Shown here piece by piece: positions 1 through 13,856 of a DNA stretch of 64,000 nt. The notes below the pieces were generated by a model. It did no database searches and had not been told where the DNA came from. It saw only the letters and a list, made by a program, of their open reading frames with translations. Position numbers and translations under genes: made by a program. Positions within the stretch are counted from its first letter, which is position 1; the number at the start of each line of letters is the position of its first letter. The stretch comes from Octopus vulgaris (Eukaryota): contig OX597819.1 of NCBI GenBank assembly GCA_951406725.2, forward strand, positions 44,082,001 through 44,146,000. The letters are read 5' to 3'.

Positions 1-245
1 TCTACCGATTTATCATTCCGAGCCGTTAAGTTACCGGAACATAAACAGACCAACGCCAGTTGTCAAACAGTAAGGGGACAAACACAAGACAGAAACACAT
101 ACACACGCACGCGTGCAAATACACATACTTTTATATGACGGACTTCACACACTTTCCGTTTACGAAATTCTCTTACAGGGCATTGATCGATTCGGAGCTA
201 TAGTAGGAGACGTTGTTGAAAATAGCGTGCAGTGGGGTTGCTTCT
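1..245 (-). mobile_element. Degenerate partial copy of SINE family A (tRNA-derived, CORE-like)
   Basis: Recognisable blocks (gagccgttaagttaccggaac, ttgtcaaac, ttccgtttacgaaattc, gctatagtaggagac) align by eye to the better copies at 3238-3690 and 5446-5935. Confidence 0.6.
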
Positions 246-799
246 TAAGCAATCGAGATGGTGATATATTGTAAATTGCTTTAGTTCAAATTCCTCCAAT
301 TATAGGTTTTCTTATATAACAAGAAAAAAACTCTCTTGATTGCAGATAAAAAAAACGACCCAGAGAATATAGGTTCGACCTCTCTGTAAAATTAGATCCC
401 TGGAATGTCTGTAATGATCATTTATGAAGGATTAATTAGTAACTCAAAGACGTAAAAATATTGTCCGTCGTAGACATGGCTATTCCGTCGCCAAAGAATA
501 ACTGGCATTTAGCAGCGTGACAGATCCTCGTTTCATGATTATATCAAAAGGGCAAGTTTTAACATACACCTACATTCACACATCCAGGCACAGTGAGGAT
601 CTGTAAGATATCCCCCAAATTCTTCATCTGGGATTATTGTTATCTGACTAGATGCACACACTTGGGTGTATGCATCGACGGTTCAACCAACACACCAACT
701 TAACGACATATTTACAAACACTGGGAACTCTGTTACTTCAAAAAGCCTTGTCGTTTTGTAAACGACCGGCTTGAACACTCAAGAAGAACTTAAATAAAA

Positions 800-1211
800 C
801 ATACATACACACATACTCACATACATACATACACATACATACACACATACATACACACATATATACATACACACATGCACACATACACACGTACATACAC
901 ACATACATACACATACATGCATACACATATACAAACACACATACATACACACATACATACATACACACACATACATACATACACACATACACACGTATAT
1001 TCATGTATAGATACATAGACACGTACGCACATACATACATACACATATACATACATACACAAATTCATACATACACACATACACACATACATACATACAT
1101 ACATACATACACATGCAGACATACATACATACATACATACATACACATACACGTATACATACATGCACACACACACACATACATACATACATACATACAT
1201 ACATACATACA

Positions 1212-1245
<34 letters not shown>

Positions 1246-1272
1246 CATACATACATACATACATGCATACAT
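800..1272. repeat. Compound (TACA)n/(CA)n microsatellite
   Basis: Directly visible; it generates the MYVC/HTYI low-complexity ORFs in the track. Confidence 0.95.
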
Positions 1273-1510
1273 TCAAAAATACCCTGTTGTTGCTGTTTAA
1301 ATTCCAATGAAAGAGCGTTGAATCTAGCTTAGAAACCGGTTCTTTGTCCATTGGCAAGAAATCTTGAAATATACTGAATAATGATATACATACATACAAA
1401 AATACTCTGTTGATGTCGTTGAAATTCCAATGAAGAAGCCTTGGATGTATGTTAGAAACCTGCTCTTTCTCTATTGCCAAGAAATCTTGAAATATAACTG
1501 AATAATTATG
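1273..1510 (+). mobile_element. Two tandem 3'-terminal fragments of the (TACA)n-associated RLE-type LINE family
   Basis: The unit aaaaatacc/tctgttg...aaattccaatgaa...tagaaacc...attggcaagaaatcttgaaatat...ctgaataat occurs twice, separated by catacataca. The same sequence follows the ORF end at 10650-10740 (minus) and 55560-55680. Confidence 0.75.
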
Positions 1511-1511
1511 C

Positions 1512-1670
1512 ATATTATTGGTGCAACAGGATACGTACCAACCCGTCTGGAGCAAAATATAGCTAAGCTTGGGATCCTGAGGAGAGAATGAAAATCCTTA
1601 CTGTAGAAATAACCACGATATCAGGGACTATAAACATCTACAAGACCCTCTTAACAATTAAAAGATGGTT
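1512..1670 (+). mobile_element. Diverged C-terminal fragment of an RLE-type LINE
   Basis: Translates (with frameshift) to IIGATGYVPTRLEQNIAKLG...ITTISGTINIYKTLL, similar to VIIGALGYATHCLNTNLEKLG...SITGTVKICKTF of the copies at 41.8 kb and 11 kb. Confidence 0.55.
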
Positions 1671-2229
1671 ATGAAATCAAGATGTTTCTCTTACCGACTT
1701 TGCTAACATCCCAATTTACTCTAAATTAAAAAGAGAATACAAACATACATACACACACATATACGTACATATATCCATGCTTATATATACTTATATGTAC
1801 AGTATATATGTATGGGATTGCTCAAAATTTTATTCCCACCCACTTCTATGTTTAAGTAATTTCTTATACTTTAGTTCGAAGATAAGTTCCAAAAGCCACT
1901 TTCCCTACTACGTTGCTAGATTTTTTAAATCTGTACGGAAATTTAGTTATGTACATATGCATACACATGTATATGAATGTATATTTATGTGTGCATACAT
2001 ATATATATATATATATATACAATCATATATCTGCATATACATGCCTTACATATATAAATGTATATAATTATATAAGCATAAATATATATATGTATGTATA
2101 CTTAAATGTATGTGTGTATGTATGTATGTATGTATGTAGGTATATATATATATACACACACAAAAATGGGACACAGTCATATATATGCATATACATGCCT
2201 TACATATACAATTGTATATAATTATATAA

Positions 2230-2267
<38 letters not shown>

Positions 2268-3237
2268 TACGTATATATGTATATATGTATCTATGAATAT
2301 ATATGTATATATACATAATTGTATATATATATCTATATCTACGTATGCATACATAATGGGTATACAAATAGGCATAAAATATACTCATGCATATACACAT
2401 ATATGTGTGTGTGTGCGTGAGCACTTGTATTCTGTGTGTGTATATATCTATATACATATATATGTAAGCATTTGTCTCTCTCTCTATATATAAATGCCAC
2501 AGTTATTATTTAGAAACAAACGATTGTCGGCTTAAAACACACACAAAAACAAACAAACTAGGCAACACGCACGCACACATGTGCTCGGGCGCACGTACAT
2601 ACACTTAAATACGCTCGCAAACACATATACGCTATCGTATGTGCATACCGTGCTTCTACACAAGAATGTATACTTTTTCAAGTTAAAAAAAATTTCAGAG
2701 AATCTTAGTAGAACTCGTCTGTTGCCGTAACAGTAACTTAATACATATTTTTTTTTTAAACTTATACGTACATGCACTGTAATACGCGTGCGCATGTGTA
2801 TTTTATGTACTTTTGAATGGAAAATAATCTAGATTCTATTGAGTGTACTAAGTGGCTTCATCACATATGACATCTCTGAATAGGCTCTCTCACATAAAAA
2901 AATACAAGTGACTCGACTAAACAAAGAATTTGAGATCTAGCTTTAAGTACGTGCACATACACGCACGCATGCACACTGATACGTGTATGTATGTGGGTGT
3001 GTGTAAGTGTACAAGCGTATGTTGTATACATATGTATGCAATATAAAACGTACATATATATATATCTATGTAAATAGATATATGAAAAGTGTTTGTGTGC
3101 GTAGGTGTAAAAGAGAATAAAGGAATAATATATATATATACGTACGTATGTATGTATATGCGTGTATATGTCTGTATATATATATGTGTGTGTGTCTATA
3201 TATACATATACATACGTATATTTATATTTTTCTTCTA

Positions 3238-3793
<556 letters not shown>

Positions 3794-3844
3794 CATATAT
3801 TCGTGTACACTATATAAGTGATTATTTGATATATTTGTCATATG

Positions 3845-3895
<51 letters not shown>

Positions 3896-3897
3896 AT

Positions 3898-4175
3898 GAA
3901 GGCACGTGGCCTGGTGGTTAGGGCGGTGTAATAACAATCGTTAGATCTTGGGTTCGATTGTGGGAGCAGACGGTTTTATTGTATTCTGGAACAAAGCACT
4001 TCATTTCATGTTGCTCCAGTCCACTTACTAGAAAATAGGAAGCCCTAGGATGGTCTAGCCTTCTGATCGGTGGCGGTAGTGACTGTTGGCCTACTCCCCT
4101 AGCCAGCGTGGTGGCAACATTCGAAGTGCATTGTGATCAGCGATGTATAACATCTGATGCTCTGGTGGATCACAT
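3898..4175 (+). mobile_element. SINE family C (tRNA-derived), degenerate
   Basis: A box TGGCCTGGTGG, B box GGTTCGATT, then AAGCACTTCATTTCATGTTGCTCCAGT, which is shared with copies at about 27745 (+) and 20925 (-). Confidence 0.65.
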
Positions 4176-4185
4176 TATATATATA

Positions 4186-4471
4186 GTAACCTCCCACAAA
4201 AATAACGAAGAACGAGGACAATAAAAAACAACAACGCGAGGACGTGGTACATGTAAAGTATTAGCAGACACTCAGGGAAGGACAGCAAGATGGTTTAACG
4301 TTTCTTCTTCAGAAAGAGGAGACAAAGGTAAGGCCAAAAATATGGTTACATTTTTTTTCAAAAAACCACCTACCTTTCCTTCCCTGAGCGTCTGCCAATA
4401 CTTTACATATATCACGTCCTCGCGTTGTTGTTTTTTTTTGGGCTTGTTCTTGGGTTTTTTTGGGGGATTTA
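4186..4471. repeat. Inverted repeat, probable Penelope-like pseudo-LTR remnant
   Basis: Core arms 4223-4282 and 4377-4436 have about 4 mismatches in 60 bp, with a looser outer extension. The spacer contains CTGAAGAA-GAAACGTTA on the minus strand. Confidence 0.7.
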
Positions 4472-5289
4472 CAACTTACCGCACGCTTTCCGGCTGACTT
4501 TGGGATACCTAATTCGCGGAATTCTTTGTACCATCGGATTACATTACTTTGTTCATTCGGAATACGCCATTTCTGCGCTTTGATTGTGAATCATTATATA
4601 TATATTTATATATATTAGTTTCCGCTAATGAAACACGTGTACAGATTATGTAATTGATGAAGTTATAATAAAGTGTTAAATGATATCTGTTTTATTCTGC
4701 CTGTCACGCGAGTGTGTATTTGCAAGACACACATATATGTATATATATATATATATAGAGAGAGAGAGATGAGTGAAAGAGAGAGAAACAGACAGACAGA
4801 CACACACAGATATAGTCACAAGCACACACGCACACACACCACTCACACACACGCGCGCGCTCATACACATGCACATTGTTACTAGTTCCAACCGCCGTAT
4901 AAAATCTCGTTGTTAAAGTGCATTGTACTCAATGACATCCGCAAGTATTCCAGATTAACTGAAATCTTCCTCTTAGTTGGAGAAAGAGAAGAAAAATTAA
5001 AATTCCCAGTGACGCTCGATGCTGACGCGAAAAAGAAATGGGAGCATATTTCTAACAAAAAAAAAAAATTAAAAAAAAAAAAAAAAAGAAATGAAAGAAA
5101 AAAGCCAGAAATAGTTAAATAACCTATTTCTGAAAGTAAACTTATAAACATAAAAGAAGTCTGGTGCTTGTTTTGCATAACCATGCACATGTTTCGGTCT
5201 ATTTAGTTTTCGTCAGTATAGTGGTCTAACTAAGACTCAGTATCAATGATTCATATTATTTTTATATATAGGAAAAATAAAAGGCCACG

Positions 5290-5320
<31 letters not shown>

Positions 5321-5445
5321 TATATGCACACATATATATGCATATGTGTATATAGATACATATATGTATGAATGTACCCACACTTTTGCGTATACGTGGG
5401 TGTTTATATATGTATATACTTGTCCTCGAATGTTTTGTTCTTGAG

Positions 5446-5935
<490 letters not shown>

Positions 5936-6701
5936 TATTTTCTGCTTTTTTCCTCTCTTTTCTCGATTGTTTATCATTCTCGCCCATCATTTATTTCCTC
6001 CCGATGGTTGTGCAGCGTTGGAGTAGAATAATTGGTTCTGGTCAAGGAATGGGACCCATCGTCGTTAAAATATGAAGCTAAGGACGAGGCGATTTCTATC
6101 GTTATCCTCAAAACGGAGACCGATGGCACTCTGGAAAAAGAAAAAGTGTCTCGTTGAACTGGTTATCACTGCTCCCGCTTTTACCAGAGTCCACATCTTC
6201 TTTGTCAGCTTTTCCAGCTTCTCTGGATAAAAAGCATTTAAATGTTTCTTACTTCCACATATGCAAAATCCGAGATTTCCAAATAGGATGTATCTCCGAG
6301 TTAGCTCTCCGTCCTTTGGAACTTCGTTGGCTCTGTATGCATGGAGACACCACATTCAATTACATCATTTCAACTCAATTTGTTGGTCATCCGTTCTGTA
6401 CCGCCAGAGTGGCGACCTGCCAAGGATCAGTGACACCACCAATGTTCTTTGCTATGTCTCACACGTTACGGTGATCAAACGCATAGGATGCTGTGTAGTA
6501 TATCAACTCGGCCAGTGTTAACATATCAATCTTGGTTTTGAAGACAGAGCATAAACTTCCATATAATTTCACTCCTATTGCAACACATGTAGGGTAACTG
6601 AAGACCAGTTGTAAGTTGATAAAATGATAATTAAAAATTGCAGGCGTAGATTCATGAGACAGAATGCAGCATGGCTGGATTACAGAAAAGTATATGATAT
6701 G

Positions 6702-6935
6702 ATACCTATTTCTTTACTACCCACAAGGGGCTAAACACAGAGGGGACAAACAAGGACAGACACACGAATTAAGTCGATTACATCGATCCCAGTGAGTAGC
6801 AGGTATTTAATTTATCAACCCCGAAAGGATGAAAGGTAAAGTCGACCTCGGCGGAATTTGAACTCGGAATGTAACGGCAGACAAAATACCTCTAGGCATT
6901 TCGCCCGGCGCGCTAACGTTTCTGCCAGCTCGCCG
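6702..6935 (-). mobile_element. SINE family B (tRNA-derived, Meta-SINE-like central domain)
   Basis: Minus strand reads GGCGAGCTGGCAGAAACGTTAGC...GAGTTCAAATTCC...GTCGACTTTACCTTTCATCCTTTCGGGGTTGATAAATT, resembling the Meta/Sauria-type central domain. Confidence 0.9.
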
Positions 6936-6939
6936 GCAG

Positions 6940-8430
6940 ATATGATACCACCAACAGTTAGATAAAACAATGAGCATGTTTAGAGTGTGGCTGAAAATAA
7001 GGACAAAACGGTCAATGAAAATATGGATCATTAGAATACCGAATTGATTGGGAGAAAACAAAGACTCGGTAGAACATCAGATATGGTATATTTCAAAGCG
7101 ATAGCTTATACCATTCAGTTTGATATGAGAGGCAGTCAAAATAGCTTATGATTTGGGAAAAGGGTAAGGTTAAGATAGATCATCTACTTTTTATAGATGA
7201 TATCAAGCTTTATGCAAAAGTGAGAAGCAGCTTGAACGTTTGTACATACTCTTTGCATTTTCTCAAATGGTGTAGATATGCAATTCTGGACTGAAAAGTG
7301 CGCTGTACTGATAATCAAATGCAGAAGATTTGAAGGAAGCCAGGGACTTGAAATGCCAAATGGGTAAACAATAAGAGAGGAATATACAAGGAAAGTGAGA
7401 AAAATATTATAGTCAAAGTTGAATTCAAAAAACGCTATTGAAACAATAAATGCAAGAGTGGTAACGGTAATCTGATATGGAGCTGGAGTTGTGGATTGGA
7501 CTAAAGCGACATACAGAAAATTGACGGAAAAACTAGAAACCTGTTTACAATTGTATGGAGTCCACTATCCGAAAGTTGATGTGCGCCAGTTGTACTTAAA
7601 GAGAGATCTGTGTGAAACAGGTTTGTGGTTGCTGTGAAAGAATGTGTATAGACGGAAAGAAAAAACACGGAACAGCACAGAGAAATTACTAAAGGCAGTG
7701 AATAAAACCTAGGCGATCAAGTGTTGAATAAGAGAAGACAAGATTGAAATTCAAAGAGAGCATTTTGAGAAGATTGATAAGAAACCTTTGCATGGTCAGT
7801 TTTGGATGTATGTGGAACAAAAAATTGGGCTTGGTTGAAAAAGGGAAAATTGGAAAAAGAAACAGAGAGCCTTATTATGGAAGCCCAAGGTCAAGCGTTA
7901 AACACAAACAACTTGAGAAAATATGAGTATGAGAAGAAGATGTCAGCAAAATGTAGAGTATGTGGAATTTGGTTTGAAACAACGGTACACATTGTTGCAG
8001 AATGTCCTAAGTTGGCTCACGGGGACTACAAGAAATGGAGAAATGACCAAGTTGTGAAAGTTTTGTACTGGAAGCTTTGTCAGAAATGGGGGTTTGAAGC
8101 TGGAAGTACCCCGTATAATCATCGGGTAGAAAGAGTACTTGAGCTTGTCAAATGCAAGATTTTATGGGATTCTCCAATTCAAATGGATAAAAAAATAGAA
8201 AATAATAAACCAGCTATATGACGACAATACAAGGAAAAACGAATTTGTCTTTTGATTGATCTACCATGTCCATTTGGTTGAAGGATTGTGAAGAATGAAA
8301 ACGAAAAATTAAAAAGTGCAAGCCTTAAATATTGTGAATTTCGAATATGAAAACTGTAGAGGTTGTGCTTGTAATAACTGGTGCACTAGGGACAGTGAGC
8401 AATGATATAGACAAATGGAAAACATGGGTG
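6940..8430 (+). mobile_element. Decayed R4/Dong-like non-LTR retrotransposon (RT, CCHC knuckle, restriction-like endonuclease)
   Basis: RT motif remnants FQSDSL (~7092) and HLLFIDDIKLYA (~7181); ORF 7802-8221 has ETESLIMEAQGQAL, CRVC..ETTVHIVAEC, ILWD.PIQ.D...NKP, then ITGALGTV. Many stops and frameshifts. Confidence 0.85.
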
Positions 8431-8431
8431 T

Positions 8432-8714
8432 TTCGTTCATCATCCTTAAACAACCCTTATTCAGGGGACCTTTTAAGCAGGATGGGCAACTCGACCTGAA
8501 GAAAATTCTAATTGGTCCCCACCTGCAATATCATGCGCTGTATATCTTGATAGGAAATCACGTATGGTTGCGATGCACACACATGGTTGTGATGCATGTG
8601 CATGATGTACCCTTATCAGACGGTTATTCACGATGGGTATACTGGGCTTCGTATATTTTACCCAGTGTCACTTTGATGGCATGCACTGCTCTCTCACTAA
8701 ATAATAATAATAAT
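8432..8714 (+). mobile_element. Probable LINE 3' UTR ending in a (TAA)n tail
   Basis: Non-coding, GC-richer block directly after the R4-like fragment, ending ...ctctctcact-aaataataataataat. The family assignment is inference. Confidence 0.4.
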
Positions 8715-8719
8715 ATTTC

Positions 8720-9165
8720 TATTATTCTAGGCACATGTCTACACATTGAGAGGAAGTAAATTTAGTTAAGTTAACAGTATTTTACTGCTACTTTCTTAAC
8801 ACCAAAAGAAGAAAAGCAATGTCAACCCAGACGAGAATCGAACTCAGAACGTAAAGTGATCACACTATATACTACAAAGCATTTTGTCAGGCAAACTTTT
8901 GGTGTTGCTGCCCTCTGCTCTTGGAAAATAATGGAAATAAATTACATGGCTTCTGATAGATTCACACGCAAAAATATTGCAAGAAGTAAACGGGCGCTTA
9001 AATTGACACATCGACTCCAGTACTTGACTGATATTTTATTTTATCGACCCCCTGATCCCGCTAACGATGAAAAGCAAATCTGACCTCAGCAGGAATCGAA
9101 CTCAAAATGTAAAAATCCGGAACGAGCACCACGCGGCATTTCTCCGACGCTCTAACTATTCTACT
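8720..9165 (-). mobile_element. Two degenerate SINE family B copies
   Basis: Contains gaactcagaacgtaaag, atcgactccagtac and gatgaaaagcaaatctgacctcagcaggaatcgaactc blocks matching family B. Confidence 0.6.
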
Positions 9166-9186
9166 AGTAAATGATAATAATAATGG

Positions 9187-9236
<50 letters not shown>

Positions 9237-9813
9237 ATGGTGACGATGATGACGACGATATAGACGATGATGATGATGATATTTTATAAAAGAGGGGGCG
9301 CTCGACGAAGGAGTGGATGCTTATCATGTGGTATTTTGAACTTTAACAATAAAAATTGTTAGTAAAAACCAGGCAAAAATATCATTTTTTGTACTGTTTC
9401 CCCGCCATTCCTTGAAATAAAATCTAGTTCTGCTGATGTAATCCCAGCGAGACATTTCCATTGAGCAATGCACATGGCGAGAAACAATAGTCTGTTTCAC
9501 CCTGACTTGAGATAAGAATCGCATTCTTGAGCTAGATTCACTTTAAGAATGTGAATTTGATTTCACAATCAGCGAAATCTTACAATTTTTTTATGGAAGA
9601 CTGCATCGTTTTGCTATTAAATGATTTTTAAAGATACCTGATTCCCAAACACTAGTCTGCTCATTTTGAGATTTCACCGCCCGAAACTACGTTGGTATCG
9701 TTAATGTCTTCTGCTGGTGCTGCTGCTATTATAAGTTGGAACATAAGGTCTGACCTTACACAAATTTGGAGTAAAAATAAAATAAAACAAAATAAATGAA
9801 TAAATAAATAAAA

Positions 9814-9873
<60 letters not shown>

Positions 9874-10649
9874 CACTTCTCTTTTTTACTCGAAGTTATT
9901 TTTCGCGAGTAGAATTTTCACAAGTAGACATATTTTCAGTAGAATGCATTTTATTTTGCTATCTTGCTATATACAACATACTATGTAGGTGTTTGGGATC
10001 ATTTGAAAAATGTAGGCATGCCTTTTATTTTCTATTCGGTTTTGCTGAATTTATAATCTCAGAAACTTTGTTAAGTCCATAACCATTGGGTAAATTTGTT
10101 TGTTGTCATTTTTATTTAACCTTAGGTTGGCCTTGATCGGGCAGATTTATCATGAAAGCCGTTCTGACTATGATCATCCAATGCTTTGTTGAATGTGTTG
10201 CTTCTCTTAACCCTTTTGTTATCATAATTCACCTAAAATACATTGTCTCTGTTTCAATTAATTTTTAATGAAGTATATAATATAACTCATTATAATTGCG
10301 CTGGTATTTTAGACGGCGAGCTGGCAGAATCGTTAGAATGCCGGGCGTTCCGAGTTCAAATTATGCATCCGTCTTGTTGCTGGTGTTTAATTGTTAGTCA
10401 GCTCTGTTTGATCATATGATCAAAGACATTCTTGTGACTAACAAACCATTTTATCACAAAAGGCTTCATCGCCTAATGTACTCTTCTCTTTTTAAGACAA
10501 TAGGATATGATTTGAAGATTTGATAGTCATTTTTAGCCAATATGGACGACCAGATAAAGAAGCCCTTGTTACTCGTATTTGTGTGTTGTGCGTGAGTATG
10601 TATGTATGTATTATGTGTGCATGTATGTATATATATATATAGGCGTGTC

Positions 10650-11130
10650 ATTTTTCAGTTTTACTTCAAGATTTCTTGCCAATAGAGAAAGAGCCGGCTC
10701 CTTCATTGGGATTTCAACATCAACAACAGGGGATTTTTGTATGTATGTATGTATGTATGTATGTATGTATGTATGTATGTATGTATGTATGTATGTATGT
10801 ATGTATGTATGTATGCATGCATGCATGCATGCATGCATGTATGTATGTATGTATGTATGTATGTATGTATGTATGTATGTATGTGTGAAGATTTGTATGT
10901 TTTGTTTTATGTATGTATTCTCATAGATATAGTTGCATATCTAGACATACTCATAAATATTTAAATGATAAACTTCTGGAAAGTTTTACAGATTTTTACA
11001 GTTCCAGTGATGGACTTGAACTGTAGTCTTCAAATTAGCTTTCTCCTTTCTGGTTTTGAGAAGCCTAATTTCTCAAGATTGCTATTTAGGCAGTGTGTTA
11101 CATATTCCAGGGCCCGAATAATTACTGGTA
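10650..11130 (-). mobile_element. 5'-truncated 3' end of the (TACA)n-associated RLE-type LINE
   Basis: Minus strand reads PVIIRALEYVTHCLNSNLEKLGFSKPERRKLI*RLQFKSITGTVKICKTFQKFII*, then a 3' UTR with an internal (TACA)n. Flanked on both sides by (TATG)n-type repeats. Confidence 0.8.
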
Positions 11131-11143
11131 TCTACGTACGTAC

Positions 11144-11174
<31 letters not shown>

Positions 11175-11861
11175 TGTATGTATGTATGTATGTATGTATG
11201 TGTGAAGCAGATCCAATTTTGTTTTGAGCTATTTTAATTCAACGTATTCCTCATCCTTTTCGCATTGGCTGAAAGAATAATCATTCGGATTTATGAATAC
11301 ATGGCATAAACGAGGCCAAAGTCCAGGTCATCAGCATTGTGTCATTGATTTCTTGTTTATCATGGAATTTTCTGTCCTAAAGGATAATCCATAGAGTGAA
11401 AATAAACAAATCAGGGTCAAAATTTCCGACCATGAGTGTTAAGTGAATCATCTGAACTACCAGGTTCATTGAATTTACGTGCAGCCATGATGTAGTCTTC
11501 GGTCGAAATCAGTGTGACACTATGTGACAAAGGTGGACCTTTAAAATACAGGTACCCATCCGATCAGGCTTCCATAGAGTTTTTGCCTTTCACTCATATG
11601 ATATAAATTGATCTGAGGATATAAAAGAATTGCTAGTTATTCAAGATCCCTCACAATGAAATCGAAACCGTGACTTTATGATTCCGAAGCAGCTTTCTTG
11701 CCAAACATCTATACTGTGTCTCGAACCCCACTCGGCAATATAATGGTATATGCATATACATACATACATAAATACATACATACATACATACGTACATACA
11801 TACATATGTATGTATCTGTCTGACTGTCTATCTCTCCCCCCTCTCTCTCTCTATATATATA

Positions 11862-11928
<67 letters not shown>

Positions 11929-12291
11929 TATAGAGTGCTTGAAGTGGTGTACAGATATTGTATACATACATATATATGTATATATATATCTATATAAACA
12001 CACACATACACATATAAGTGTAGGAAGTTTGTACACTTCGAGCAATGCGTGGTAGGTATAAAAACTCAACGTTTTTATAGCTCATGGTTAGCAACTTCAG
12101 TCGCTATGGATGTGAATAAAAATCTAAATTGAGGGAGTGGAGCAGGTAAAATCCAGGTTACATATGTTTCCTAGTTAGCAGATCCTCTGATGTAATAATT
12201 ACTCAACGAAGGGTACTCAGCTAGCTACACATACCTTAATTATATGAAGATACCTTAATTATATGAAGGTTAATTTGTCGTTAAGGAATTC

Positions 12292-12395
12292 CAAAGTTTC
12301 GTGGGTTCGTAAAACGAACCTAGCTCTTGAGGTTTATATAACCGGTTATCTAAGCCCAAGAAATTAGGTTCGTTTTACGAGCCCACGAAACTTTG
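12292..12395. repeat. 104-bp spacerless imperfect palindrome
   Basis: caaagtttcgtgggttcgtaaaacgaaccta...taaccggtta...taggttcgttttacgagcccacgaaactttg; the symmetry centre lies between 12343 and 12344. Confidence 0.9.
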
Positions 12396-12557
12396 AGCTG
12401 TATGGAAGCAACTAAAATTCTTATTAAATAATATATGTAACTCCTACCAAATGCGTTGAATGACACTTTTTTCTTAGTTTGTCCACTCACTCGTATATAT
12501 GTAATTGATAGATAGACAGAGATAGATAGATAGATAGGTAGATAGATAGATAGGTAG

Positions 12558-12594
<37 letters not shown>

Positions 12595-13102
12595 GTAGAG
12601 GGAGGGAGAGAGAGAGGAAGAGGAGAAGAAGGAAAGCGATACAGAGAAAGAGACGAAGAAAAGGTGAGCGCGAGAGAAAGAGAAAAAGAGAGGTAGAGAA
12701 ACGTTGACTGGGAAAAGCAACAAAGAAATTTACCGGAAAACCGAAAAGACAGCAATGGTAGACGTGCACAAGACTGATTCCTTGATCAATTGTCAACTGG
12801 AAGTCTGTAAATGTCGCATTGGTAAAAAGAGAAAAACTTAGACATAATAATGAGTAGGCGGGAAAGACGAAAGGCGACGATTGCGGTTTAAGGCAGAAAT
12901 ATAATTTCTTTTTTCCCTTAGGCTACTAAGACATTCAAATATATTTTTTTCACAATTTAATTTAAATAAAAAAAAAAAAAAAAACTGGTAGTTTACTATT
13001 TTGATTGATGCAAATTTTGTAAATGATCTAATCTCTTAAGAAATAAAGATTTCTTAAATCGTTTGCTATGCGTGAGCACTCACACACATATCTTATATAC
13101 TT

Positions 13103-13590
13103 TTTCTTGTTTACTTGTTTCAGTCATTTTATTGCGGAGTACCACCTTTATTCGAACCAATCGACAACAGGACGTATTCTTAGTAAGCTTAGTACTTATC
13201 CTATCGGCCTCTTTTGCCGTCTACCAAATCCACTCATAAAGCTTTAGTCGGCGCGTGGCTGACGAGCTGGCAGAACCGTTAGCAAGTCGGGCGAAATGCG
13301 TAGCCGTATTTCGTCTGCCGTTACGTTCTCAGTTCAAATTCCGCTGAGGTCGACTTCGCCTTTCATCCTTTCCGGGTCGATAAATTAAGTACCAGTTACG
13401 CACTGGGGTCAACGTGTTCGACTTAATCCGTCTGTCTCTGTCCTTGTTTGTGTCCTCTGTGTTTAGCCCCTTGTGGGTAGTAAAGAAATATATATTAGAA
13501 GACAATTTCCCAAGGTGCCACGCAGTGGGACTGAACACGGAACCATGTGGTTGGTAAGCAAGCTACTTACCACACTGCCACTCCTGCGCC
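13103..13590 (-). mobile_element. SINE family A with an internal deletion, interrupted by a SINE B insertion
   Basis: The tail half joins at ttttgccg/tctaccaaatcc (middle missing); the head half resumes at about 13491 and ends cctgcgcc at 13590. Confidence 0.8.
13258..13490 (+). mobile_element. SINE family B nested in SINE A
   Basis: gacgagctggcagaaccgttagc...gccttt catcctttccgggtcgataaattaagtaccag...gtgggtagtaaagaaata; reverse complement of the 6702-6935 copy. Confidence 0.9.
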
Positions 13591-13595
13591 TATAT

Positions 13596-13824
13596 CTTTT
13601 ATTTGTTTCAGTCATTAGACTGCGGTCATGCTGGGGCATCGCCCCGTAGAATTTTTAATCGAATGAGTTTACCCCAGTGCTTACTTTTTTCTTTTTAAGC
13701 TTGGTACTTATTCTATCTGTTTCTTTTGCTGAACCGCTAAGCTACGGGGACGTAATCACACAAACACCAGTTGTCAAGCGCGGTAGTGGTGGTGGTGGTA
13801 GTGGGAGGGACAAACACACACACA

Positions 13825-13856
<32 letters not shown>

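Noticed and set aside
400-760. Possible Penelope RT remnant on the minus strand (GIAM-like word)
   Set aside because: Only a four-residue resemblance among many stops; cannot be supported without a profile search.
5183-5222. Minus-strand CTGACGA...GAAAC hammerhead-like string
   Set aside because: Stem II does not close at the core, there is no stem I, and the triplet would be GUG; at best a dead relic.
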